In this document: positions 38,455-52,815 of the stretch, piece by piece
Position numbering within the stretch: position 1 is the stretch's first letter
Layout of the letters: every line of letters begins with the position of its first letter
Source of the DNA: Octopus sinensis
Taxonomy: Eukaryota
Assembly: GCF_006345805.1 (NCBI RefSeq)
Contig: NC_043011.1
Coordinates: 36,530,464 to 36,594,463, forward strand
Reading direction: 5' to 3'
DNA: 64,000 bases
Program-made: the position numbers and the translations under genes
The notes under the pieces: model-generated
Database searches by the model: none
Told to the model about the DNA's origin: nothing
Seen by the model: the letters and a program-made list of their open reading frames with translations, nothing else

Positions 38455-38751
38455 CCCATGGGCATATGGTGTAGTGGTTAAGAGTGCAGGTCACTAACTC
38501 CAAGATTCCGACTTCAATTCCAAGCAGTGACATGAATAATAATGATAATAATACTCTTTACTTGTTTCAGTCATTTGGCTGCAGCCATGCTGGAGCACCG
38601 CCTTTTAGTCGAGCAAATTGACACCAGGACTTATTCTTTGTGAGCCTAGTACTTATTCTATCAGTCTATTTTGCCGAACCGCTAGGTTATGGGAACATAA
38701 ACACACCACCATTGGTTGTCAAGCGATGTTGGGGGGACAAAAACAGACACA

Positions 38752-38799
<48 letters not shown>

Positions 38800-39125
38800 C
38801 ATATATACGACGGGCTTTCTTCAGTTTCCAGCTACCAAATCCACTCACAAGGCTTTGGTCAGCCTGAGGCTATAATAGAAGACACTTGCCAAGGTGCCAT
38901 GCAGTGGGACTGAACTCGGAACCGTGTGGTTGGTAAGTCACACAGCCACTCCTGTGCCTAATAATAATAATAGCATCAAAAAATACCTTAGGAATGGGAA
39001 CCCAGGTTCAAAATTTCCCCAAGACACTTAATGAAGGCTGGAGGGTATATCAGCTGAAGTGTTGAGTTAACAACAAACAAGATGAGGACAAATATCTATC
39101 AAATGTAAATAATGTAAATAACGTA
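38455..39125 (+). mobile_element. HHR-SINE copy 5, split by a family-1 SINE insertion (38553-38958, minus); decayed HHR at 39023-39068
   Basis: Head at 38455-38535, (AAT)n on both sides of the insert, body/HHR/tail at 38959-39125; core mutated to TTAATGA...GAAG. Confidence 0.85.
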
Positions 39126-39516
39126 TTGTTTTTATTATTTTCATTTCATTCTGTCCTAGTTGAAATGAAATACAAATTATTATGTACTTCTGTTTTCTTA
39201 TCTCTCCTGTTAGTCTTTTTTTATTGGACGAGAGCTAGAAGTTGTTAGTTTAATTCTAATAAGTTTGAAGTTACTTTCACATTATATAGGAAGAATCTAT
39301 CAGCATTAATATCTCTTAGAAGCTGACACATGTATATTGTCTGTTATAGGGAACCCCCATTAATATATATTTGCTTCTCAAAGCTACAGTGTATGTTAAG
39401 TATCATTAAAGTGCCTAAATTTCATTTGTGTTTGAAATTTTGTTTATCCTTTTTGTTTTATAATTTTGTATTTTGTGAGTGTGAGAGAAAGAAAGAAAGA
39501 GAGGGAGAGAGAAAGC

Positions 39517-39557
<41 letters not shown>

Positions 39558-41895
39558 TGTATGTGTGAGTGTTTATGTATATTTTAATTTAATTTGTGCC
39601 GGTGTATTTTCCGTTTTAGTCCTGCTAACTGAGAAAATACATTTAAATTAATGCTTCACTATGAAATTTGTTAATATAGTTTAGAAAACAAGCAATAAAT
39701 AAATAAATGAGAAGAAAAAGCCTTACAGAAAACCCCAAAAAAAAACAACCCCAAAAAACAAAACAAAAATACTTCAGAAAAGGAAAAAAAAACCCCTACA
39801 AATAAAAGTAGAAACACACAGCAGATAACAACAATACATAATTGAATGTAGAATATGGTTTTTCAGAAGGTAATAATGCTTGCAAATAATTGCTACTTTA
39901 ACATTTATAGCTTTTTCAAACATCTTGTCAAACATTCCAACTTCCATATTATAGCATGTAGTTCTTTTTTTGTTTCTTTGTTTTGTAGCTTATTGTTTAT
40001 CTGTTCTTCTTCATCATATTTGTTGCCATCACGGCTGCTTAACTGGTACAGATGCCAACTTGATGTATAGGATAATAATTTACTACCAGAGCCAACCCGG
40101 CCTTCAATACTTCATTCATATTCATATTCATGCAAGTTTTGTTGTTGTTGTTGTTGCTGTTGTTGCTGTTCTTGTTTAGCCCTTGGTGAACTATGGTCGA
40201 GCTGACCTTATGATTAAAGGCTTTTGAAATTTTGATCATAGGGCAAACGAAGTCTTTTGGGATCTGATTATTTCTTCAGACAGCATATCGCGGAATAAAT
40301 CATCTTTGATTTTGAATAGAATAAGATGTGAATAGGAGAGTAATTTTGCTGCTTAGTTTAGCAGGAAAAGTAACTATGTGATGACTATCCTGTTGGCACA
40401 TCATATAGAAGATAGTTAAATTTATGGATTTGCAGTTATTTAGCAAAAAAATTGATTTGTAGGTGTCAGTGTTAAAACTAATAAATAAATATGATAAATG
40501 ATTAAGTGCAAACCTGGATAACCCAGAGTTCAAATAAGAACTTACCCGCACTCTTTGTTCTGTTTTGACATACTTTGTGTCTTGGTATAGCAGCAATTTG
40601 AATCCCAACCACAAGGTATTCAGTTAGAGATCACAAATGAGCCACCACATTTTCACGTGATTGATCAACTAAACTGCACGAAACTGTGGCATAATATGGC
40701 CCCCTCGGATGATCTAATATTTGCCCCCTTTTCACCCTATAGGAACAGATTGGTGCCAAACTCAAGCAGACTGCTAAGTCAGATGATTTCAGGCCTTCGT
40801 GCAAACATCCTTGAATACTCACCGAAGGCAGACTTCTAAGACCCGACCACTTCGAGCAAGAAACAATTTCAGTCACTCACACACGATGAACCACAACTAG
40901 CCTTCTATAGGCATATTACTGTTCTCTCCACCCTGGCGACGCTTATATTATCAGCATCTTTCTTTTGTAATGCAGTAAATCATGTACAACAATGAATATG
41001 TTAAAAGTTAAAAGATCGTAAGTTGCTTGTTTTATTACTATACACACAGCTAACTAGACTACACGACGATGTTCTTCAACAAACACACACCAACAAGCAA
41101 ACCCTGCGACGTCGGTGAGAAAGCAATATAGTCATTGGGTAACCGCTATAAAACTGCATCATCACTACATTTGTTTATTTCCAGCTTCTCTCCTACAACG
41201 TCAATAACCGTGTAAGTCCTCTCGTCCCTTCTACAATTTGAGCAGCCGTATAGCTCCTCTACAACAAGAAACGTCTTCTGGTGCCTTCTTTCATACATTA
41301 ACCACTCAGTCGAAGAGGATCTTCGTCTTGTAAGCTGCATGGTGACCTCACTAGTGGTAGCACCACAAGGAAAAGAAAAACGAAAGAAACTCAAACGCAC
41401 ACAGTATATGCTGTAAAGCGTTTGGTGTTAGGAAGGGCATCCCGCACTAAACCTGCACAGAAACAAGTTAAAGCAGACACAGTCTTCGTACCCGCCGGAT
41501 ACTGTCAAACCTTCCAACTCATGCCGGCATGAAGCATAAATGTTAAATGATGATGGTTATATATATATTTTATATTGACAGTGAAAGGTTTTATGTGGAG
41601 TTCGACCTTTTCACGTATCCAAATGATATTTTAAACCAAATTTTGAACAGGTGTGTGTGTGTGTGGGCACGTATGCATATTTGTATTGTGTAAGTGAAAC
41701 TTTAATTACGTATGTTGACAAAGGATATAAATATCATGAAGTAAACAGAAAGGAAATGATGTTCTTCGAATGTGTAGCGAAGATTCGAAATCGAATCCCT
41801 GGATACGCGGTCAGACATCACGAATAAACTACAATTGTTTCACGTGATCGGTTTATTAAGCAACCGATCAGCTTCAAGCCATTGCGTAATTCAAT

Positions 41896-41950
41896 CTTCC
41901 AGAATCTTCTGGTCTCCTATAAAAGGACGCGACACTTTTGGCAGTAATTA
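41896..41950 (+). promoter_or_regulatory. Heat-shock element + TATA box + Inr-like site
   Basis: cTTCcaGAAtcTTCt (41896-41910, perfect three-unit HSE); TATAAAAG at 41918-41925; gcagta ~25 nt downstream. A second GAAnnTTC lies at 41779-41786 and an E-box CACGTG at 41841. Confidence 0.55.
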
Positions 41951-42302
41951 ATTATAGAATGTTGGAGAAACTGAGCGTTATGTGTCCGTTCTTCTCACAC
42001 TATATTAGGCGCATTTCTAACAGCGAGACGACCCAGGCGGCTTAGACTGATGGCGAAGATAAATGACAAGAACATCCGTTGCTACGAACGTAGCATAATT
42101 GTTTCCAGTTTTGTTGGGTATGTTACATGTTGCTTTATCAATAGCTAACCTTAAACTCTAAGCAGTATCTCACTCTCATATGTATTATTGCTGTTGTAAT
42201 CTGTAAAATGTCAATGCAGTTGTCTTTATGTACTATAACAAAATCTGTTAGATGTTCGCATGTGTTGATTAGTTACTTCTACACGCAGCCCAAGAAACAT
42301 AT

Positions 42303-42962
42303 TTCCATTCATCGACTCAACCAGCTGCCACACCAGCCAGCAACAAAAAACAGCAGCCTAGAATTGCAACAAACAGCACCCCTAATAGCAGCTGGCAAGA
42401 CTTTGACGGTGATTTGGATGCCGGGCCATTGTAACCTCCGCGGCAATGAACTTGCAGATATGCAGGCGAAACGTGGCTCGGCGCTGCCACAACCGGATGC
42501 CGCCATCGATACAACCATTCGTCAGGCGGTTATTCGTCGAACGTTCCAACCAGCGTCAATTCAACATCCCCCTCCGAAGGAAGTCTTCACGAAGAAACCT
42601 GATAAAAAAACCGAAGCAGCCCTCTTGAAGGCAGACTTCAAAGACATGATACGCTTCCGTAGTGGTCATCATCCGGCACTCAGGCAGTGGCAAAAGATGG
42701 CAGGACGCAGCGACACAGACCAATGCAGACTCTGTAACGAGGAGGTGGAATCTACAGAACATCTCTGGCTGAGATGTCCGGCCCTGATGATGGAACGCTA
42801 TATCCGCCAGCTAAGGGCTACAATGGATGAGATGATTCGTCTCCCTTCCGCGGCTCTAGCGCTTCTGAGAGTTATCCTCAGACGCTTGAGGTGACCAACA
42901 ACAACAACAACAACAACAACAACAAAAACAACAACAACACAACAACAACAACAACAACAAAC
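42303..42962 (+). mobile_element. 5'-truncated I-group (RNase H-bearing) LINE 3' end with (CAA)n tail
   Basis: IWMPGHCNLRGNELADMQAK (RNase H C-terminus) and CRLCNEEVESTEHLWLRC (CCHC knuckle); stop at 42892-42894; (ACA)n tail at 42896-42961. Confidence 0.9.
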
Positions 42963-44049
42963 ACCCAAGTGACAAATGAAATCTTTTGAGATATTTATTC
43001 TGTGCCGACTGACAAATACTCCCACATCATTCTTACTTTCAGATATGCTGTGAATAAACGATTAATCTATCAGAGACATAAAACCAGTGATACTATTTCT
43101 CACAAATAGTGATATTAAATAATAAATTGAATAAATACATTTGTATTTTGAATGGTTAATACATTAAGTAAAACATCATTATTTAATGATGTAATGCAAT
43201 CAATTAATTGATGATAACACGAAGGCGAGATTAGGAGCAAAGGTCAACAGTATATTGACTGCTTCAGAGTCAAATGGTGAATATAAATCAATGATATGTG
43301 ATTGAATCATCTAAAATAAATAGTCTTCATTATGCAACTCCGTTTCAGTTTATTGGAATTTGACATCAACGCTGTTTTTGCCATCACAGATCAATGGATT
43401 TTCCAGTTACAAAATATTTATATATTTCAATACTTCGAAAGTGATTGATTGGCAATATCGTTATAGAAAAAAAAACCAACTAAATCTTTGTAATATTTAT
43501 CCCAGCTCTTCACACTGTGTTCAATTCCAGCCGACGTAAACTTTGCCTTTTTATCTTCCGGGTCAGTAAATGACATGTATTGGGGTCAATTTAATCGATT
43601 AGTCGTTCCGCCACAAATTTCAGGTCTTGTGCCTATGTTATAAAATAATATTTAAACACTTGAACAAACGTGGAAGCAACTATGGTAATTCTTGTTTTGT
43701 TGATGATTTGTGCCTCATTTCAGCCTTGATCGAACGTTTACGACGAAAATCATTCCAGGGAAATAATTTCATAAAAAGTTCCGTAGAGCAATTACCATAT
43801 TTCAATCCTTTCATTTTCTATATGAAGAAATTACTACAGGGTAAAGCACATTTTGTTTATAAGCTTCATTTAGGACCTAATGTAAGAGAAAAAAAAAAAA
43901 CTTGCAGACGGTCGTTTGAGAAATTCAGACATGACAATTTCATGTTCACCAGATTTGTATGTCGAAATACTTGCAAGAAATCTTGTGATAGTGAGAGAAA
44001 TTTCCACTGATGTTAGCATTATGGCCGAGCATTGGCTCTTTATTCTGCA

Positions 44050-44720
44050 GTTGCTAAGAAATAGTTTATTGCTGAGTCTCACTCAGTAGACATACTCCAA
44101 AGCACCATTTTAAAACTGGATCATATATGGAGAAGCACAACAATTTCTTTATAGCTATATTAAGCACTGCCGAATGTGGGTAGATCTAAAAATCAAAAAC
44201 CTATACCGCATCCACAAGTGGAAATTCATAAAAAAAGTTTCAGTGTATAATTATGGGGGATATAGTAAGAATTACTCATTATACATTTTATGTGTCAAAT
44301 CAACTTTTGAAGTTCGCTTTCAGCAACTTCACCAAGGGCAGACTGTTTTTGGATATATATCTCCCTGCCTTAGTAAAGCACAGAGGTTTCCCATTCATCG
44401 TGATAAGGCTCGATTTCCCAATACATAAGTCACAAAAATGCTCTAGAATCGTTTGAATGGGAAAAAATACTTCACTGTCCATATTCTCCAAACTGTTCTC
44501 TACCAAACTTCCACTTACTCAGAGCCTTGCAAAATAATTAAACGGGGTAACTATGCCCAGTAGGGATGATGCAGAACTATGCAGAACTTGAATTAATTAA
44601 ATAGCTTAATTCCAATCCAAAGAACTTTTCAAATCAGACATTGAAAAATTTAGAAATAAATGGAGAGAAATTATAGAAAATCTAGGAAAATATTTTGATG
44701 ATTAAATTTGCAAAAATAAA
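44050..44720 (+). mobile_element. Highly degenerate mariner transposase remnant
   Basis: IHRDKAR, FEWEKILHCPYSPN..PNFHLLRALQN and ELFKSDIEKFRNKWREIIENLGKYFDD* resemble HHDNAR, HPPYSPDLAPSDFHLFRSLQN and the mariner C-terminus. Confidence 0.6.
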
Positions 44721-44778
44721 TATATTTGTAAATTTAAATAAATACTAAAAGTCGGACAGAAGTTTCAAAACAACTTGA

Positions 44779-45030
<252 letters not shown>

Positions 45031-45180
45031 CCTACACACACAAACGCACACACACACACACACACATACAAAACACACAAGTAGTTATACATGATTAGTA
45101 TCTCGTGCCCAAAATTTCCAATGATTACCTAAACAGTTAACTATGTACTTCAGTGTGTCGAAACAAATAAAATAGATGTC

Positions 45181-45610
45181 CAAGCGCAGGTGTGGCTGTG
45201 TGGTAAGAAGCTTGCTTCACAAGCACATGATACCGGGTTCAGTCTCACTACGTGGCATCTTGAGCAGGTGTCTTCTAAAATAACCTCGGGCCGACCAAAG
45301 CCTTATAGAAGGATTTGATAGACGGAAACTGAAAGAAGTGTGTCGTACACACAACACACACATATATATATATATGTGTGTGTGTGTGTCTTTGTGTCTG
45401 TGTTGTCCCCCGCCATCACTGCTTGACAAGCTGTGTTGATATGTTTAGGTTCCTGTAACTTAGCGGTTCGGCAAAAAAGACAGATAGAATAAATACTAGG
45501 CTTAAGAATTAAGTCCTGTTGTCGATTTGTGTTATTGGAATCCTTCAAGGTGGTGCTCCAGCATGGCCGTAGTCAAATGACTGAAATAAGTGAAAGAATA
45601 AAAGAAGAAA
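45181..45610 (+). mobile_element. SINE family 1, full-length copy
   Basis: Complete homology to the family-1 consensus. Confidence 0.9.
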
Positions 45611-48600
45611 AGAATATCTGAAAAGTTTTAGGCGCCTTTGTTGAGCAAAAATAGCCGAAGATATCAATCAATCAACAAAAGCTTTAATCAGAAAATATTT
45701 TGGGTTGAGTGGTAAGTTGATACAAGTGTTCATCAGTCTTGGATTGGTGTGATTGATTAAATACAATTTTCTCCGTATGGAAGATATAAGAAAATTAGAT
45801 CCATTCTGAAGCGCTGGTGCGTTTTTTTTTTGTAATCGTCTTACCCAAAACGTTCCTGAAAATTGTTTTTCCAGATGTTTTTGGACAGTGATGTAGTTTT
45901 TTTTGTGTACTGCAATGGTTGAACGATCTGTTGCTGAGGAGCAGGCCAACCTTTCATGCGTTCTATGTCATTGCTGTGTAACAGGTTTAAAATTTTTTTT
46001 TTGCAGGACATGCCGGCAACATATCCGAGGTTCATATTTAGTCCGTTGCTTTCAGAGGAAAATTTCTACACGGCAGCGATTGCATATCGGCATTTATCAT
46101 TTTTGATGTGAACGCACTGTCTTAATCATGGTTCTTTATAATGCTAGGAATATTCACCAAAACAGCTGATCTAATTGTAGTCCATTCTCTCAATAGCGAA
46201 CTGTTTTAGTCCGCAAACATTACTATCAGCGCACCACACCACAATGAGCATGCATACTAGTTTAGTCTGAAATTGTTTCATTAAATACATGGCATGTAGC
46301 AGCATCTAAATTTCTCTATCCACTTTTTTTTTTATTACCATCAGATTGAAAACATTTTTGTGAGCTATAACACACTGATCTAGCATTTCTACATGTCGAA
46401 TCACGCTTGTTTAGCCGGAGGATTATGTCATAAATACATGTGTCTGCATTATGCTCAGCCACTAAAACGTTAGGTAGCTCACTTGACCGAGAAACGAATG
46501 CTCATCAAACAATAGTTGCTCAATCTTCGAAACGGACGGAGGGTACATTCATTATTGCAGCTGATACTCACATTTATCTTGTTTCTTATAGAACATCTTG
46601 CTCAATCTATTACAATAAATTCCAGAATGATTATGCCGAGAGAAGTTTTCTGTAACTAGAAAGTCAGTTCACAATAACATTTCTATGAAGAGTTCCCGAA
46701 GAAGGAGTCTCAACATTGAAATAATGAAATTCAACACAAACCATTGGTTTGTATTATTTCTTATAACCTGCTTTACGTAAAAAAATTATAAAACATTCAT
46801 AGAGTTATTTTTGTTTTAATTAGTGTTGTATGGCCGGATGTACCATGTCAAATTCTCCTTTCTTCTACAACTGGGGCGATTATATACCTTTGGCGAACAC
46901 TTAATCTTCTATCAGTAGCAACTGCTCATTAGAGCTTCAATATTGTACTCGGCAGTGTAAATAAACGGTGGTAGGGAAGCGAAATAAAACGCAATATTTG
47001 TTTCACATGAAACTATTAAATATGTTAGAAACATAATGAAAATGTCAAAAATGATTTTCATGCCTGAAATTGCAGAGCATAAAATTCCGTGGGGAAAATG
47101 TCAAACTAAATTTTATTAAGTTCTCTACATCACAGGAGCAAATTCTTTCGTTTGATTGTTTGAATTTTAGTAGTTAATGTGTTTAACATTCACTGTTATT
47201 CGATAGAAAACATATTCTAAACATGGATTGGCGATATTTCTTTTTATTTTGTGAATCCATGTTGAAACGAGGAAGATAAAAGAATTGGCCTTATCTTTCG
47301 TAGGAAATCAAATAAAATAAATGCATACATATGAACATGCTATATAGATTTTGTTGAACAAACAGGATAAATACAACTCCGTACATGAGCGTGTGTATGC
47401 ATGTATGTGTAAACACACACACACACACACATAAATACATATGTATGTATGTATATATGCATGCATGTATGCATGTATGAATGTATGTAAAAGAAAATGA
47501 GGTGACAAAAGAAAAAGTGTTTGCGCTGTGAACTTCATTAGCTTACAGCAGTTTCTGTTATCAGATACAGTAGACGCATAGTTGAGTGCTCGAAAAACAC
47601 CATACAGCTTCTTCAGAGCTTCGAATATGAACTGCAATTTATTTGGGAAAAGGGTGTAGGTTGAAGCATCAGCCCTTGTTCTACCATACTAACTGTAACA
47701 GAGTGGTTCCTTAAATATATTTTTTTTGTTGTCTCAGCCATTTGACGTTGAAAATTAATGAGATATATTAAAATTTAGTTTACATGATTTCTTTCATATC
47801 ACACTTGCATTAAATTTGCTGTATAAAATAGGATTGTGCATTAAATAATATCTTATTAATTAATGAAGCTTTCGGCAAGTATATGTAAGTGGCTTACGAA
47901 TTTAACGGATATCATATATGTGTGAGTTTATGAATCAAAAAGGCACTTATTTGGCTGCAAAAAGTATTAAAATTTCAGTGCAGTTTTTGAAAACGTTTTT
48001 ATATTTCTTGAGATAGTTTTATAGAAGATAACTGATATAAAATTACAGCCAGCCAGTTTCAGTCTAATTCGTATATATATAGTTGATGATATTTATTCTT
48101 TAGCAGTAAAAGTAAGCTGTAAAGTAGTAGTGAATGATTTCTAAATTCTGCAGCATAAATCTATAATTTGAAGAATATAAAAGAAAATATAAAAGATAGG
48201 TAAAAGATATCGAACAAACAAAAATATAAACTATAAAAGAACGAAAAAAGAAAAAAATGTCTCGAATCTAAACAGAGTTAGCATGAGGAAAATCCGGTTA
48301 GCTAAAATGGCTTCTGTCAGAAGATAAATATGTTTTGTTATTTAATGAAAACTTTTGCAGAAACTGGTTTGTTTTCGCATTTCTAAACCTTGTGGTTGGT
48401 TGCTTTTTCTTTTCGAGATACCTACTAGGTGAGTGTAGAAAGTTGTTTTATATTTATCTTACTGTAAATTCTGACAAGAGACAATAACACTTTACAATGC
48501 CTTCAGAAATATCTAAATTGTTTTAGCTTGATGGATGTAATAAATGTTACTACTACAAGTTTGCAAATTTGTATGCTGTGGAGAGATGTCTGTACTTGCG

Positions 48601-50449
48601 TTTAGAACAATGAGCTTCTTTCGGAGAGAAAAAGAGATTTCTTAGTGAATCTTATTCTTTACATTTAGAACGAAATAGAAGCATTGGGAAATATGTAAAT
48701 AAATCTTCTATAAAAGTTGCCTCCCGAATGCTAATCTGGTTATATCAGCCCATGACACACAGGGTTAAAAACCTCTTGAACAGAAAAAAAAACGAAAATG
48801 TGTTATGTTACCTACTGACGTCGAACGATGCATCAACTCTAACCCAGACAGTAGTGAAGCCATTACTCTAAAGTCGTATCTCGAACTTTCTGTGTCAGAG
48901 ATAGACACTTCAATCTTACAAGCGTGAAAGCAAGTTTGCTAACAATTACATAGCTGAATTTGCATTTGATGTATTCGTTTATAAAGCTTTTTTTTCTGTT
49001 CCACTGACCAATTAGGTTCAAAAAGGCAAATATATTCTGCCCACTTCATATACTATCTTTCCATACTATTTTCGAACTTTAGTCAGGAAGGAAGGGACAG
49101 TATCCGTAGTACTTGTGTTATTTTTTCTTTCATGGACTACGAAACTGGTAGAGGGAAAAGCATCCTTAAACCAGGGACCCGGCCCAAATTGTAACAACAA
49201 ACCTTTGTTCTGTTTATTGGTTTCTAATCCTTTAAAATTAACACACACAAGACTCTATTTGGTAATTTACGTTGAGGACCACAGAAGGTAATTTGCATCT
49301 TCAAGCTTTATATTCCTTTCTACCATAAGCACAAGGCCTGGAATTTGGTATTAGAGGAAGAGGCTAGTCGATTCCATGAACCCAGTGCTCAGATGGTACT
49401 TCTTTTTTTTATAGACTCTCAAAGAATGAGAAGCAGAATCGACATAGGCAGAATTTGAATTCAAATGTAAAGACAGACGAAATGATGCTAAGCATTTTGT
49501 TCGATGTGCCAAGTTCCTGCCTGCTCGTAGCTGTTCCAAGCTTTATAACAAAATCCTTTCTACTATGGACACAAGGCTCTAAATTTGGGGGAGAGAAGAA
49601 AAGTTGACACCAACGACTCCAGTATTTGATTGCTACTTATTTCATGGACCCCCGAAAGAATGAAAGGCAAAGTCGACGTCAGCGGAAAATGAAGTCAGAA
49701 CGCCAGGATGAATAATATGCTTAGCAGCATTTTGTGCTAACGTTTCTGCCAGTTCGTCTCCTTTCCAAGCCTTATAATGTAATGCAATTGCCATAAGATC
49801 TACCATGGCTCAATGCTGATTTCAAATTTTGGCACAAGGTCAGCTGTTTCAGGGGTGGGGCTAAGTCAATTACATTAATCCAAGTGTTCAACTGGTAGTT
49901 ATTTTATCAATCCCGAAAGGATGAAAGGCAAAGTCAACCTCGGCAGAATTTGAAGTCAGAACACAAAGACGGACGAAATACCGCTAAGCGCCCCTGCTTG
50001 CCAACGATTCTTACAGCTCGCCGTCTTACCATAACACAATATTAAAAGAAAGGTTTCTCAGAACAAAACAATTCAGCTTTTCCAGAACTCTTTTAATCTG
50101 GAAGATGTTCTGTTTGTTCTCACGCATTCTCTAATCTCTTTCTTTTCAAACTGAGATGCAAAAGACACTAATGGTGATGTTCCGTGACGATCTTATAAAT
50201 CTAATACACAGCATTTTGTATTTAGTTCTTCTGCAAAGATTATATCATTTCCTGTTCCATCTTATTTTCTCTACTAATTCCACTCAATTGCCGCAGTACT
50301 ACCTTCAACATTTCATTCGGATATATCGGTTCTAGGACATTTTTTTCTGGCCGTTATCTTTTTATTGATATCTTCTGTGAAGTCGCTATGAGAAAAAGTG
50401 ACTCAATATGCATGAAACCAGATTTTAGACCAGTTGTAAACTGAATTAC

Positions 50450-50547
<98 letters not shown>

Positions 50548-51592
50548 GTATATTTCTTTACTACCCACAAGGGGCTAAACATAGGGGTGGGGGGACAAAC
50601 AAGGACAGACAAACGGGTTAAGTCGATTACATCGATCCCAGTGCGTAATTGGTACTTAATTTATCGACCCCGAAATGATGAAAGGCAAAGTCGACCTCGG
50701 CGGAATTTGAACTCAGAACGTAGCGGCAGACGAAATAATCTCTCTCTCTATATATATATATCTGTCTGTCTGTCTGTCTGTTTGTCTTCTGTCTGTCTGC
50801 CTGCCTGCCTGTCTGCCTGCCTGCCTGTCTGTCTGTCTTTTTATCTATATACATATACACAAGAACACAAGACACCCACATGCACATGTGTGTGTGTGTG
50901 TATGTACGTAGTTACAAAGCAAAATCTTTTTAACAAATCCTATTGCAAAGACACACGCACATGTATTTTGGTTTCAAAATTCTGTCACAGGACCAATAAT
51001 TTCAATGGGAGGGAGTTAAGTCGATTATATCAACCCCAGTGTTCAACTTGTACTTATTCTATCAAGCACGACACGATGAAAGACACCCGTCGACTCCGGT
51101 GGCATTTGAACTCAGAACATAAAATCAGTAGAAATGCCGATAAGCAATTTTTCCGGCGCGGTAACCATTCTACCAAGCTCGCCGCCTTCACACACAAGTA
51201 TATTTACGAACACGCTTCATAAATCTGCAGATAACACAATCAGAAACACGTCAGACTGAAATAATCAGGTATTTTCTACAAGTCGTTAAGATTATCGAAT
51301 TATTATTCCTTAACACAATCCAGTATCATAAAATCCTGATTAACGATCGTAATACGAGCACCATCTGACAACAGTTTTACAACAGGATTTTAATATCACA
51401 GCCCACACATTGCTTTCATCAGTGGACATATAAGAATTTTGTGGCCTTGTTTACGGCTTACACTTTGCTTCTCAGTTACAGTGGATATCTCGATGAGTAA
51501 CGCGCTTATGAGGATTAAGCGCAAAGCGTAGCTGTGTGATTATGAAGTTGACTTCGCTATGTACGTGTGTGAGAGAGAGAGAGAGACAGTAC

Positions 51593-51699
<107 letters not shown>

Positions 51700-52026
51700 A
51701 AAAAAAACGAAGGGAAAAAAAAGAGCCACTTACTTTAATGTGTTTTCTTTTTGCATGACACTATTGCCCAAGGTTCCCGTGGTCTTTTCCGTAGGCTTTT
51801 CTATCCACGGACAAACCTAATCTGTTCTCCCCTTTTACATTGATATTACTCTGATACACAATCCCTATTGATCGGCCCCACTTTTTTTCTCTTTTTCCCC
51901 ACGATCCCATTTGATCGGAATTCGCCCCACCTTTTTTTTGTCTTTTCCCTATCTCTTCCACAAAAGAAAAGCTCTACTTTGTATTTTGTCCCTTCTGTGT
52001 TTAGCCCTGCGTGGCCAATAAAGAAC

Positions 52027-52103
<77 letters not shown>

Positions 52104-52264
52104 ATCTATCTATCTATCTATCTATCAAGTAATGTTTGCTTTTATATTGTATCTTTAGTAGAGCACAAATTTATTATTCTTTAACAAGAATAAGTACTTT
52201 CATTGTCAATATTATTCTTGTTGAATAATAATAATTATATATATATGTATGTATGTATGTATGT

Positions 52265-52332
<68 letters not shown>

Positions 52333-52815
52333 ACTGTTAGTTGTCCATAACGCAGAAATAAAAGCACACTCAATGTAATGATGTGGGTATATTTTTTATA
52401 CTGTCAAGCAATATATTGCTGGCTGTAGCATATAACTACAGATTGCCGAAACAGCCTAGACCGTATCTTAATGAAAGTAGGTGATGTAGATTCTACTTGG
52501 CGAGGGAAAAGAATCATCCTAAAAAGATTCAGACAATTTGGGCGCTTTTCTGAATTCGAGAAGGAAAATCTTGGATGTTGTCTTTATAAGCACACATCCA
52601 TCTTGGCGATTCGGTCCCGTTCGTGTTTGAACTAAAGAACAAATGCCCGCGTACACTTCCCTCTACAGCTAGCACCATATTGGGATGGATGCAACGAAGA
52701 AAGGAATCTGTTTGCTACACTTAAACAACTGTTTTAGTACTAAGCATTCTTTTACTGAAATGACTGATTGTCTCAGACATTAATCCGCGAATTGTGAGTT
52801 TGAAAAGGAACGATG

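Noticed and set aside
41146-41400. 84 aa ORF (MQLTRRRSSS...) as a protein-coding gene
   Set aside because: No recognisable homology or domain; it may be a uORF or UTR sequence of a first exon.
45668-46035. Possible Tc1/DD37D-like transposase remnant (TVQKHLEKQFSGTFWVRR)
   Set aside because: Similarity is too weak; no catalytic motifs or TIRs.
51226-51258. CTGCAGA...GAAAC-ac-GTC as a hammerhead
   Set aside because: Core A6 is missing, and there is no stem II or stem I.
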